Of a DNA stretch of 64,000 nucleotides, positions 34,496 through 43,193 are shown one piece after another. Origin of the DNA: an uncultured Verrucomicrobiota bacterium (GTDB lineage: Bacteria; Verrucomicrobiota; Kiritimatiellia; JAAZAB01); NCBI GenBank assembly GCA_964475405.1, contig CAYYWX010000001.1, positions 6,333 through 70,332 on the forward strand. Reading direction: 5' to 3'. How positions within the stretch are numbered: position 1 is the stretch's first letter; each line of letters begins with the position of its first letter. The position numbers and the translations under genes are program-made. A model generated the notes under the pieces. That model had not been told where the DNA came from. It did no database searches and saw nothing but the letters and a program-made list of their open reading frames with translations.

Positions 34496-36567
34496 ACCTG
34501 ACGCTGGTCGGCGACCATAGCAATGATTTGTGTTCCGTTCTGCGGCAAAACAAGGTGGATTTCGAGCATTGCGCTTCCGCGCGGGAAGCAATCGCGAAGG
34601 CCGGCAAGGGCGCGGGGATTATCATATTGGCCGACGGCTATCCGGAGAAGACCACGGAGCTGGACACAACCCTCCTGGAAAATGCCGCCGCGAAAGGCGC
34701 GCGACTTTACGTTGAATTCCCCGCGCGGTTACCCGGCACGGGAATGACGAAAGCCGGTGAAACGCGAAAATCCGGATGGGAGCGCGCGGTTGTGTCCTCG
34801 GACACCTTTGGCCCGGAACTGAAAAAATTGCGGATACTGATGATCCACGGCTGCCGTTTTGTTGACGTCAAGGCGGATAACCCGCACATCGCGCTGGCGC
34901 GCGTTGCCGGATTTGACACTGCCGTTTTCGGCCTGCCCGGCAATGCCGCCCCTATCCTCTTTGAACATCCAAGCGGCAATCTCCTGGTGGCAACCACCAA
35001 GCTAAGCCAATTTATGACAGGCCGATACGCTCCGCCGGATGCATGGGCAAGGGTCTGGCAGTGGATTCTCGGCTGGCTTCTCCCGGGGCGGACACTCCCG
35101 CAACTGCGCTGGACGCCGACAGTTCGTCCATCCTATCCGGCCGATACGACCCTTCCGCGCGATGTCGAGGAAGAGGCCTTCCGGCGCGGGGTCCGGTGGT
35201 TCGGCAAGGCCAGGCTGTTCATCCACCCCGACTGGCAGGACGAGGCCCAACAACGCCTGGAAAAATTTCACGATGGAACCGGACCGGGACCGGAAAAAAC
35301 CCGGCCGGTCGGCGACGGCTCTTGCGGCATGATTGAGGGCGCCAGTTCAAAGATTTACCCGGACGGCACCCAGGACTGGCGCTATCATGTGCGCAACGAC
35401 TGCATGGGCGAGACTTCGATGGCGATGGCTTTCGCCGGGACGCTGGCGGATGATAAAGGCGCATCCAAATTGGCCGGGAATCTAAATAACTTCATCTATT
35501 TCAACTCCATCTTCGCCAAGGGACCGCGGGCGAACCCGGAAAGCCCGTCCTACGGCCTGATACCCTGGATGTCGCAGCCGCCCGCAAGCGGCGTCTATTA
35601 CGGCGATGACAACGCGCGCTCCATGCTCGGCACGATGGCCGCCTCGGCCCTGCTGCATACCGACCGCTGGGACAAACCGCTCCTGAAATGCCTGCTTGCG
35701 AATTTGCGCACAACCGGCCCGCTCGGGTTTCGGAACAACTCGCTCGACGAGCGCGACCTCCAGGAAAAGGGCTGGCGATATTTCTGGGAAACGGAGCGCG
35801 CTAATTACGCCCCGCACTACGAAAGCTGGCTGTGGGCGACTTTCCTCTGGGCCTATCGCCATACCGGCTTCAAGCCTTTCCTTGACAGGGCCGTCACCGC
35901 GATCCGCCTGACCATGGAAGCCTACCCGGACGAATGGCGCTGGGCGAACGGGATCCAGCAGGAACGGGCGCGCATGTTGTTTCCGCTGGCCTGGCTGGTG
36001 CGCGTGGACGACAACGACCTGCACCGCCGCTGGCTGCGCGTCATGACCGGGGAACTGCTGGCGCGGCAGGATGCCTGCGGCGCCATCGCCGAGGAGGTGG
36101 GTTCCGCCGGCCATGGCGCCTACGGTCCGCCCCGGACAAACGAGGCATACGGCACGAGCGAAGCCCCGCTCATCCAGCAGAACGGCGACGCGCTTTGCGA
36201 CCTGCTCTACACTTCCAATTTTGCTTTCGCCGGACTGCACGAGGCCGCCTCCGCCACCGGCGATTCATTCTACTCCGGGGCGACCGACAGATTGGCAAAG
36301 TTCCTTTGCCGGATCCAGGTCCGCTCAGAAACCCAACCGGAATTGGATGGCGGGTGGTTCCGGGCATTTGACTTCAAACGCTGGGATTATTGGGCCAGCA
36401 ACGCGGACCTCGGCTGGGGCGCCTGGAGCATCGAGTCCGGCTGGACGCAGGGCTGGATCACGGCCACGCTGGCGATGCGGCAGATGAAGACTTCCTTGTG
36501 GGACCTGACCGCCGGCACCGGGATAAAGAGTCATCTGGACGAGCTGCTTCCGGTGATGCTGCCTTGA
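34492..36567 (+). CDS. Hypothetical protein, probable (alpha/alpha)6-toroid glycosidase-like fold; translationally coupled to paralog 5
   Basis: ATGA overlap with the upstream gene. No signal peptide. The Trp/aromatic-rich C-terminal half (WLWATFLWAYRHTGF...WASNADLGWGAWSIESGWTQGWI) is reminiscent of six-hairpin glycosidases, but no family could be assigned. Confidence 0.6.
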   Translation: MNLTLVGDHSNDLCSVLRQNKVDFEHCASAREAIAKAGKGAGIIILADGYPEKTTELDTTLLENAAAKGARLYVEFPARLPGTGMTKAGETRKSGWERAVVSSDTFGPELKKLRILMIHGCRFVDVKADNPHIALARVAGFDTAVFGLPGNAAPILFEHPSGNLLVATTKLSQFMTGRYAPPDAWARVWQWILGWLLPGRTLPQLRWTPTVRPSYPADTTLPRDVEEEAFRRGVRWFGKARLFIHPDWQDEAQQRLEKFHDGTGPGPEKTRPVGDGSCGMIEGASSKIYPDGTQDWRYHVRNDCMGETSMAMAFAGTLADDKGASKLAGNLNNFIYFNSIFAKGPRANPESPSYGLIPWMSQPPASGVYYGDDNARSMLGTMAASALLHTDRWDKPLLKCLLANLRTTGPLGFRNNSLDERDLQEKGWRYFWETERANYAPHYESWLWATFLWAYRHTGFKPFLDRAVTAIRLTMEAYPDEWRWANGIQQERARMLFPLAWLVRVDDNDLHRRWLRVMTGELLARQDACGAIAEEVGSAGHGAYGPPRTNEAYGTSEAPLIQQNGDALCDLLYTSNFAFAGLHEAASATGDSFYSGATDRLAKFLCRIQVRSETQPELDGGWFRAFDFKRWDYWASNADLGWGAWSIESGWTQGWITATLAMRQMKTSLWDLTAGTGIKSHLDELLPVMLP

Positions 36568-36830
36568 TGTAAAACCGTGTTCGTAATAGGTGTAAATTCT
36601 TTGATCCATCCCAACAATCACCCACCCCGCCCGTCCCGGCTCCGTCCGCCGACGGCGCGACTCCGCCGAGGCGAGCACCCCTCCCAAGGAGGGGAACCGA
36701 AGAAGTTCGGGAACAAGAGTTTCGATCCCCTCCTGCGGAGGGGTGCCCAACTGGCGGGGTGGGTCGGATTTTGACAGTAATTTTTGTTCGACATCAGAAA
36801 AATTGTCTTACACTGCCTTTGTGATAGCAA

Positions 36831-36888
36831 CTTTATCCATCCTTGACTTTCAATCCGGCGATAATCTAAGATTTCCTGAAAAATTTAC
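36831..36888 (+). repeat. Direct repeat copy A (~58 nt) upstream of the tauE-like gene; candidate shared promoter/operator
   Basis: ttatccatccTTGACTttcaatccggcgataatctaagatttcctgaaaaattta. Contains a TTGACT -35-like hexamer. A near-identical copy lies at ~37813-37872. Confidence 0.5.
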
Positions 36889-36976
36889 CAGGCGGCACGG
36901 CAAAGATAAAGAGCAGCCCGGCCAGGAATCGCAAACAACCCGTTAATCCGCGCGGGCCGGCTCACGGCATAAATCA

Positions 36977-37801
36977 ATGGAACATTACTTGTGTTTTATC
37001 GCGCTGGGATTGGCGGTGGGCGCTCTCGGAACCCTGATCGGGGCCGGCGGCGGGTTTGTGCTCGTGCCCGTTCTGCTCCTGCTCGATCCCCGCGCAACCC
37101 CGGAAACCATCACCGCCATCTCGCTCGCGGTCGTGTTCTTCAACGCCCTTTCCGGCTCATGGGCCTATGCGCGCATGAGGCGCATTGATTACCGCTCCGG
37201 GCTCCTCTTTGCCGCCGCGACAATACCCGGGGCGATTATCGGCGCATTGACAACGGACTACATTCCCCGCCGGCTGTTTGACGGCGTCTTCGGACTGTTG
37301 ATGGTAACGGCGGCAACCTATCTTTTTTTTCACCGGGACGGCGAAAAGATACCCGGCGCGGAAATAAACAAGCGGCATGTAACCAGGAAGGTTGTCGAGA
37401 CGAACGGCACGGCGCATGTCTTTTCATATGACCTGAAAATCGGGATGTGGTTGAGTCTGTTTGTCGGGTATGTTTCCAGCCTGCTCGGCATCGGCGGCGG
37501 CATTGTCCATGTGCCGGTCCTCGTCCGTCTCCTGAATTTTCCGGTCCACATCGCCACGGCGACTTCCCATTTCATCCTGGTGATCATGGCCCTGACCGGG
37601 ACCCTGGTCCACGTTGCGGCCGGGTCGTTTTCGCCTGACAGCGTCCGCCTGACGCTCTTCCTTGCCATCGGCGTCATGATCGGAGCGCAGGCGGGGGCGT
37701 GGCTTTCCGTCCGCGTGCACGGTCGGTGGATCATCCGCGGCCTGGCGGTCGCGCTGATCTTCGTTGGCGTCCGGATCCTCGTCATGGCATTGCGTCCATG
37801 A
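36977..37801 (+). CDS. TauE/SafE-family (DUF81) sulfite/anion exporter
   Basis: Eight predicted TM helices and a duplicated 4-TM architecture with two G-rich motifs (GTLIGAGGGFVLVPVLL and LLGIGGGIVHVPVLV) typical of TauE/SafE. Confidence 0.75.
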   Translation: MEHYLCFIALGLAVGALGTLIGAGGGFVLVPVLLLLDPRATPETITAISLAVVFFNALSGSWAYARMRRIDYRSGLLFAAATIPGAIIGALTTDYIPRRLFDGVFGLLMVTAATYLFFHRDGEKIPGAEINKRHVTRKVVETNGTAHVFSYDLKIGMWLSLFVGYVSSLLGIGGGIVHVPVLVRLLNFPVHIATATSHFILVIMALTGTLVHVAAGSFSPDSVRLTLFLAIGVMIGAQAGAWLSVRVHGRWIIRGLAVALIFVGVRILVMALRP

Positions 37802-37812
37802 GTCTGTTGGGC

Positions 37813-37872
37813 GATTTTATCCATACTTGACTTTCAATCCGGCGATATTTTAAGATTTCTCAAAAATTAAAC
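37813..37872 (+). repeat. Direct repeat copy B (~58 nt) immediately upstream of the GH127-like gene
   Basis: ttatccatacTTGACTttcaatccggcgatattttaagatttctcaaaaattaaa, about 90% identical to copy A in the same orientation. Confidence 0.5.
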
Positions 37873-37932
37873 AGGTTTTTGATTATTTTACGATTTGAGT
37901 TGGTTGAGATAAATATTGTCTGGCAAGAAAAT

Positions 37933-39819
37933 ATGAAGATAGAAAGTCCGTCACTTCATCCATTTCCGCTCGGGGCGATTTCGCCCCGAGGCTGGTTGAA
38001 GCAACAACTCCGCATCCAGGCTGACGGCCTCAGCGGCAACCTGGACACTTTCTGGCCGGATATCAAGGACAGCGCCTGGATCGGCGGACAGGCCGAGGGT
38101 TGGGAGCGGATGCCCTACTGGCTCGACGGCGTGATACCGCTCGCCTGGCTCATGGATGACCAACCGCTGAAGAAAAGAATCAGCGGATATCTGGACTTCA
38201 TCATCGCCCATCAGCAGGAGGACGGCTGGCTCGGACCGCGCGCGGAAGAAAAGCAGGAGGCAAGGGATCTCTGGTCGCAGGCCCTCGCGCTGAAAATGCT
38301 GGTCGGCTACCACGATGCAGCCGGCGATGAGCGCATTCCCGGCGTGGTTGAAAAGGCCTTGCGCATGCTGGACCGTTATATTGACGCCCATTCGCTCTCG
38401 CAATGGGGCTTGTTCCGGTGGTTTGAATTCCTGATCGCCATCTGGTGGCTTTACGAAAGGAAACCTGAAAAATGGCTCCTTGACCTCACCGTCAAACTCC
38501 ACGCGCAGGGTTTTAACTGGCGTGAATTTTTCCGGGAATGGCCGTTGAAAGAACCCAATGAGAAAGGCCGCTGGAATTTTTATGCTCACGTGGTGAACAA
38601 CGCCATGGCGCTGAAAGAAGGCGCGCTCTGGTGGCGGCTTACGGGCGATGACGCCGATAAGAATTCAGCCTACGCCATGATCGAAGCCCTGGACAAATAC
38701 CACGGCATGCCCACCGGTGTGTTCACCGGGGATGAATGCCTGGCCGGGACCGGTGCGACCCAGGGCACGGAACTTTGCGCGGTGGCCGAATACATGTATT
38801 CGCTGGAGTGGCTGGTCGGCCTGCTCGGTGATCCGGCGTTCGCGGACCGCCTGGAAATGATCGCCTTCAATGCCCTCCCGGCGACCTTCTCGCCGGACAT
38901 GTGGGCACACCAGTATGACCAGCAGCTCAACCAGATTGAATGCAGTGTCCGGAAGGACCGGACATGGAATTCAAACGGTCCGGACGCCAATATCTTCGGC
39001 CTGGAGCCGAATTTTGGCTGTTGCACCGCCAACCTCAGCCAGGCCTGGCCGAAGTTCGCCGCCCACCTCTGGATGCGCACGCGGACCGGCGGTATCGCGG
39101 CCACTGCTTATGCGCCGTCGCGCTTGGAAATCGAGATCAACGGGATACCGGTGAATGTTGAATTGCAGACCGAGTATCCCTTCCGGTCAAGCCTGCGGTT
39201 CAACGTCAGCGTTAAACAACTGGTCGCCTTTCCATTACTGCTCCGCATACCCGCCTGGGCAAAAGGGGCGACGGTGGAGATCAAGGGTGAGCGGCATGAC
39301 GTTCCCGAGCTTTCGGCATTCCATACAATTGAGCGAACATGGCAGGGTGACACCGTGATCACGCTTTCTTTGCCGATGACGCCCACCATCATCCCCCGCC
39401 CCAACAATGCCGTGTCAATCCGCCGCGGTCCTTTGCTTTTCGCCCTCAAAATCGGGGAAGACTGGCGGCAGATCAACAAGGATAAACCCTTCCGCGAATT
39501 ACCCCATGCCGACTGGGATGTATATCCCACTACCCCATGGAACTACGCCCTCGAAACAAATGAGCGAACGCTGGCAAACGACATTCACTTCCAGGAGCAT
39601 CCCGTCGGGAACGTTGTTTTTTCACCGGAGCACGCGCCGGTCTCGGCAACGATTAAGGGCAGGCGCGTGCCTGGCTGGACCGCGGAAAACGGCTCGGCCG
39701 GACAAACCCCGCCAAGCCCGGTCCGGACGGATGAGCCGGCCGAAGACCTGCTCCTCATTCCCTACGGCTGCACCAACCTGCGCATCGCCGAGTTCCCGGT
39801 TGCGGAATCTTTGCGGTGA
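37933..39819 (+). CDS. GH127-like (DUF1680) beta-L-arabinofuranosidase-family glycoside hydrolase
   Basis: Overall DUF1680 organisation: N-terminal (alpha/alpha)6 region, a Cys-rich segment (LEPNFGCCTANLSQAW) as expected for the Cys/Glu-Zn catalytic centre of GH127/GH146, and a C-terminal beta-sandwich. The track start (TTG at 37879) was replaced by the in-frame ATG at 37933. Confidence 0.55.
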   Translation: MKIESPSLHPFPLGAISPRGWLKQQLRIQADGLSGNLDTFWPDIKDSAWIGGQAEGWERMPYWLDGVIPLAWLMDDQPLKKRISGYLDFIIAHQQEDGWLGPRAEEKQEARDLWSQALALKMLVGYHDAAGDERIPGVVEKALRMLDRYIDAHSLSQWGLFRWFEFLIAIWWLYERKPEKWLLDLTVKLHAQGFNWREFFREWPLKEPNEKGRWNFYAHVVNNAMALKEGALWWRLTGDDADKNSAYAMIEALDKYHGMPTGVFTGDECLAGTGATQGTELCAVAEYMYSLEWLVGLLGDPAFADRLEMIAFNALPATFSPDMWAHQYDQQLNQIECSVRKDRTWNSNGPDANIFGLEPNFGCCTANLSQAWPKFAAHLWMRTRTGGIAATAYAPSRLEIEINGIPVNVELQTEYPFRSSLRFNVSVKQLVAFPLLLRIPAWAKGATVEIKGERHDVPELSAFHTIERTWQGDTVITLSLPMTPTIIPRPNNAVSIRRGPLLFALKIGEDWRQINKDKPFRELPHADWDVYPTTPWNYALETNERTLANDIHFQEHPVGNVVFSPEHAPVSATIKGRRVPGWTAENGSAGQTPPSPVRTDEPAEDLLLIPYGCTNLRIAEFPVAESLR

Positions 39820-39822
39820 AAT

Positions 39823-39870
39823 TTTTTGTGATTGTCATTGACAATGTGTTGCAGATGTGACACATTGCGG
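39823..39870 (+). promoter_or_regulatory. Palindromic operator-like sequences upstream of the dinJ-like gene
   Basis: ttgtcattgacaa (perfect palindrome) and atgtgacacat (perfect palindrome) within 50 nt of the antitoxin start, a typical arrangement for TA autoregulation. Confidence 0.4.
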
Positions 39871-39872
39871 CC

Positions 39873-40133
39873 ATGAATAAATCAGCCGTCATCCACGCCA
39901 GAATAGAGCCCGAAACCAAGAACGCGGCCGAGCGCGTCCTGCTCAAACTCGGATTAAGCCCCACAAATGCCATCCGCATTTTCTATCGCCAAATATCGTT
40001 GAGGCAGGGACTGCCTTTTTCGGTGGAAATGCCGAACGAATTGACGCGCGCCACTCTCAAAAAGAGCCGGAACGGAAAAGACATCGAGCGCTATGACACC
40101 CTGGATGATATGTTCGCGAGCTGGAAGAAATGA
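39873..40133 (+). CDS. dinJ: Type II antitoxin, RelB/DinJ family
   Basis: Ribbon-helix-helix N-terminus (AVIHARIEPETKNAAERVLLKLGLSPTNAIRIFYRQI). ATGA overlap with the downstream YafQ-like toxin gene. Confidence 0.8.
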   Translation: MNKSAVIHARIEPETKNAAERVLLKLGLSPTNAIRIFYRQISLRQGLPFSVEMPNELTRATLKKSRNGKDIERYDTLDDMFASWKK

Positions 40134-40399
40134 AACAACTCTTCCAGACAACGCAATTCTCCAAGGATGTCAAACGGATGCAGAAGCGGAACAAAGACCT
40201 GGAGAAACTTGAAATCATTGTCCGGAAACTGGCTAACGATGAACCCCTTGATCCGCGCCACAGGGACCATCCTCTTTCCGGTGAATGGAAGCCCTGCCGG
40301 GATTGCCATGTTGAACCGGACTGGATATTGATTTACACAAAGACAGACGAATACCTCCGGCTGGAGCGCACCGGCACGCATAGCGATCTTTTTGAATGA
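40130..40399 (+). CDS. yafQ: Type II toxin, YafQ/RelE family mRNA interferase
   Basis: QTTQFSKDVKRMQKRNKDLEKL...DPRHRDHPLSGEWKPCRDCHVEPDWILIY matches the YafQ family signature, including the catalytic His/Asp-rich C-terminus. Confidence 0.8.
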   Translation: MKQLFQTTQFSKDVKRMQKRNKDLEKLEIIVRKLANDEPLDPRHRDHPLSGEWKPCRDCHVEPDWILIYTKTDEYLRLERTGTHSDLFE

Positions 40400-40544
40400 A
40401 ATATTTGTTTGAACGCGAAAAGGCTGCAAAAAGCTCAAAAACTATTATGCTTGTTTCGGAACCAGTCCCATTGGACCCTCAACGCTTGACAGCCATCCAT
40501 CCGATTGGCTAGGCTTGCCAAAAAAACACGGGGAGAACCAAGTT

Positions 40545-40874
40545 ATGCCCTGGCTTTATCTTTCTATCGCCATTGTCTCGGAAGTCATTGCCACCTCCGC
40601 CCTCAAGGCGACCGACGGATTCACGCGCTGGTTCCCGTCGCTGCTGGTCGTCGCCGGATACTCATCGTCCTTCTTTTTCCTTTCACTGACCTTGCGCACC
40701 ATCCCGCTCGGCGTGAGCTACGCCATCTGGTGCGGCCTGGGAGTAATACTCGTCTCCGTCGCCGGCTGGATTATTTACCATCAGGCGCTGGACAGAGCGG
40801 CCCTGGCGGGGATTGCGCTCATCATCGCCGGCGTGGCCGTCATAAATCTTTTTTCAAAGACCGCCGCGCATTAA
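40545..40874 (+). CDS. SMR-family small multidrug efflux protein (EmrE/QacE-like)
   Basis: 110 aa, 4 TM. Conserved membrane-embedded Glu in TM1 (AIVSEVIATSALK). GGGGAG RBS before the ATG at 40545. Confidence 0.8.
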   Translation: MPWLYLSIAIVSEVIATSALKATDGFTRWFPSLLVVAGYSSSFFFLSLTLRTIPLGVSYAIWCGLGVILVSVAGWIIYHQALDRAALAGIALIIAGVAVINLFSKTAAH

Positions 40875-40949
40875 GCGACCTTTGGACCGGCCGTCGCCGG
40901 TTGATTGCTCGTGAAATGATTTGACGGCAAAATGGCGGCAAACTCTAAC

Positions 40950-41180
40950 CCGCATTTCTCACACCTTGTGCGAGAAATGCGCCTAAAAGGCTTCGACGCG
41001 CCCCGAAACCGGGGCTTGCTCAGGGTTTGCCTTTCGTCGCGTCGAAGGGCCTGTCCTGAGCAAAGTCGAAGGGTTATCTTGAGCAATCCGCCAGTGGCGG
41101 AGGCCGAAACTTTTGCCGCAAAGGATTGCGGCAAAAGCGCATGTCTCGCAGGCGGTTTTCGCCCGTGAGATATGCGGGCT
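40950..41180 (+). repeat. Multi-hairpin structured repeat cluster A (upstream of the GH99/WbsX-like gene)
   Basis: Consecutive inverted repeats: gcatttctcaca..tgtgcgagaaatgc; cttcgacgcg..cgcgtcgaag; ccccgaaaccgggg; cttgctcagg..cctgagcaag; tccgccagtggcgga; ttttgccgcaaaggattgcggcaaaa. Ends with gagatatgcgggctaaaag. Modules are shared with cluster B. Confidence 0.5.
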
Positions 41181-41208
41181 AAAAGATCAAAAAAAGGAGA
41201 TCAACGAC

Positions 41209-42252
41209 ATGATAGGAGCGTATTATTTTGAAGGATGGGCGGGGCGCAACAAATTTGCCGATGATCCGGAACAGCCATGGGCGCGGAACGCGCCGACCCA
41301 CCTGACCCGGCGCATGATCAGTGAATTCCCGGAGCGGGAGCCAATCTGGGGCTGGCGGGACGATTCCCTGGCAATCATGGAACGGCAGATTGACCTCGCG
41401 GCGGACAACGGACTCGCCTTCTTCGCTTTCTGCTGGTACTGGCGCGATGACGGCCGGGCGATCAACAAAAAGGCGATCAAGGACGATCCGCTGCATACCT
41501 GCCTGGAGTTGTACCTGAAGGCCAGGAACAACCACCGCCTGAAATTCTGCCTGCTGGTGGCCAATCACCGGGGGGCCGAGATCAAGGGGACGGAAAACTG
41601 GAAGCAGGCCGCCGAGTTCTGGATGCCGTATCTGAAGCACCCGCAATATGTGACCGTAGGCAAAAAGCCGCTGGTCATTGTCTTCAGTCACGTGGGCGGA
41701 GACGCAGAAGGCTTCGCCTGCATGCAGAAAGCGGTAAAAAAAGCAGGGTTGACGGAAGGCCTGGCGATCGCCGGCTGCGGTGGCGGAGACCAGAAAACCC
41801 TGGAATCGGGCTACACGCACCGGACGCATTACAATGTCATTTCCGGATACGAGGCTAAATCCGAGCCGCACAAATTCGCGGAGCTCGCGGCATCCAACCG
41901 GGAAGCGTGGGGCGGCAGCCGCGAACAGCCGTATATGCCGATCGTGACGGCCGGATGGGATAAACGGCCGTGGGAAGGGCCGACCGGACTTAAGCAGGCG
42001 GAAAATTATTATTACCCGGACCGCACGCCGGAGCAATTCGCAAGTTATTTGCGCGACGCGCTCAAGTGGATGGACGAACACCCCGACCAAACCACCGCCG
42101 AACGGATTGTCCTGATCTATGCCTGGAACGAGTTCGGCGAAGGCGGTTATATCGCGCCAACCAAGGGCGACCAGGACGGCAAGTATTTGAAGGCGCTCCG
42201 CTCGGTTGCGATACCGGGAGTTCCGGCGGCTGAAAACAAACCACGCCGCTAA
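41209..42252 (+). CDS. Glycoside hydrolase/glycosyl-transferase-like TIM-barrel protein of the GH99/WbsX-like group
   Basis: AAGGAG RBS. No signal peptide. C-terminal motif IYAWNEFGEGGYIAPT resembles the (A)WNEW.EG motif of GH99/WbsX-like families. Assignment is tentative. Confidence 0.5.
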   Translation: MIGAYYFEGWAGRNKFADDPEQPWARNAPTHLTRRMISEFPEREPIWGWRDDSLAIMERQIDLAADNGLAFFAFCWYWRDDGRAINKKAIKDDPLHTCLELYLKARNNHRLKFCLLVANHRGAEIKGTENWKQAAEFWMPYLKHPQYVTVGKKPLVIVFSHVGGDAEGFACMQKAVKKAGLTEGLAIAGCGGGDQKTLESGYTHRTHYNVISGYEAKSEPHKFAELAASNREAWGGSREQPYMPIVTAGWDKRPWEGPTGLKQAENYYYPDRTPEQFASYLRDALKWMDEHPDQTTAERIVLIYAWNEFGEGGYIAPTKGDQDGKYLKALRSVAIPGVPAAENKPRR

Positions 42253-42478
42253 CCCGGATTTCTCACAGGGAAAATCCGCCGGCGAGAAATCCGCTTGTGC
42301 CGCAAAAGATTGCGGCACAAGTTTCGACGCGGTGCTGTCGCACCTTGCTCAAGGTTGCCCCGCGTCATGCCGAAAGGTGAACCCTGAGCAAGCCCTGTTT
42401 TCAGGGCACGCCGAAGCCCTTGGGGCGCATTTCTCACACGCCGGGTGTGAGAAATGCGGGCTAAAGGGTGACATTCGT
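42253..42478 (+). repeat. Multi-hairpin structured repeat cluster B (downstream of the GH99/WbsX-like gene, upstream of the RHH antitoxin)
   Basis: Inverted repeats: ggatttctc..gagaaatcc; cttgtgccgcaaaagattgcggcacaag (12-bp arms); cttgctcaaggtt..aaccctgagcaag; ccctgttttcaggg; gcatttctcacacgccgggtgtgagaaatgc (13-bp arms). Ends with gagaaatgcgggctaaaggg. Confidence 0.5.
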
Positions 42479-42528
42479 TTTCAGATGGATGATTGACAAT
42501 CCGCCGGTAATGTTATACATTGTATTAC

Positions 42529-42750
42529 ATGAAAACGGCAACACTCAGCATTCGTTTGGACAAGGATTTGGATCGTCTCCTGGACAAGGCCAGCAGCCTG
42601 GCCGGCAGGAGCCGGAGCGAAGTGGCCCGCGACGCGCTGCGGCGTCAACTCCGTCTTACCCAATTTGAGGCCATCCGCCGCCGCATGATGCCCTTTGCCG
42701 AGGCGCGGGGATTCCTTACCGACGAGGATGTTTTCGCCCAGGTGTCATGA
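42529..42750 (+). CDS. Ribbon-helix-helix (CopG/VapB-like) antitoxin
   Basis: MKTATLSIRLDKDLDRLLDKASSLAGRSRSEVARDALRRQL is a canonical RHH. ATGA overlap with the downstream PIN gene. Confidence 0.7.
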   Translation: MKTATLSIRLDKDLDRLLDKASSLAGRSRSEVARDALRRQLRLTQFEAIRRRMMPFAEARGFLTDEDVFAQVS

Positions 42751-43190
42751 GGGTGTTCCTGGACACGAACGTGATCGCCAGCGCCATCGCGACTCGCGGG
42801 TTATGCGCGGACGTGTTTCGCACGGCCGTTGAATTCCACGAGCTGGTGGTTTCGGAACATCTCCTGGCCGAACTCCGGCGGATTTTGAAAGACAAATTCG
42901 GATCATCACCGGACCTCATTGACGACGTCACCCGGCTTCTTCGCCAGGACACTTTCATGGCAAAATCGCAACCGCCCGCCAATGTGTCGCTGAAGGACAC
43001 CGCCGACATTGCCATCGTCACCTCGGCCATCAATGGAGACGCGGAACTGCTCGTCACGGGCGACAAGGAGATACTGGCATTGAAACGCGTGGGCCCGCTC
43101 AACATCATCACCCCGCGCCAATTCTGGGAAAGAGAAAGAGGCCGGGAACGGGATACAGACTATCGCCCGGCTGCGACGGATGAATATTGA
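42747..43190 (+). CDS. PIN-domain toxin (VapC-like ribonuclease)
   Basis: MRVFLDTNVIASA provides the first acidic residue of the PIN motif, with further conserved acidic positions (ADIAIVTSA...ELLVTGD). Confidence 0.7.
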   Translation: MRVFLDTNVIASAIATRGLCADVFRTAVEFHELVVSEHLLAELRRILKDKFGSSPDLIDDVTRLLRQDTFMAKSQPPANVSLKDTADIAIVTSAINGDAELLVTGDKEILALKRVGPLNIITPRQFWERERGRERDTDYRPAATDEY

Positions 43191-43193
43191 TCC

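Noticed and set aside
41113-41208. Upstream extension of the GH99/WbsX-like ORF to the track start at 41113
   Set aside because: The extension runs through the multi-hairpin repeat cluster and has no RBS, whereas AAGGAG precedes the ATG at 41209. The shorter gene is preferred.
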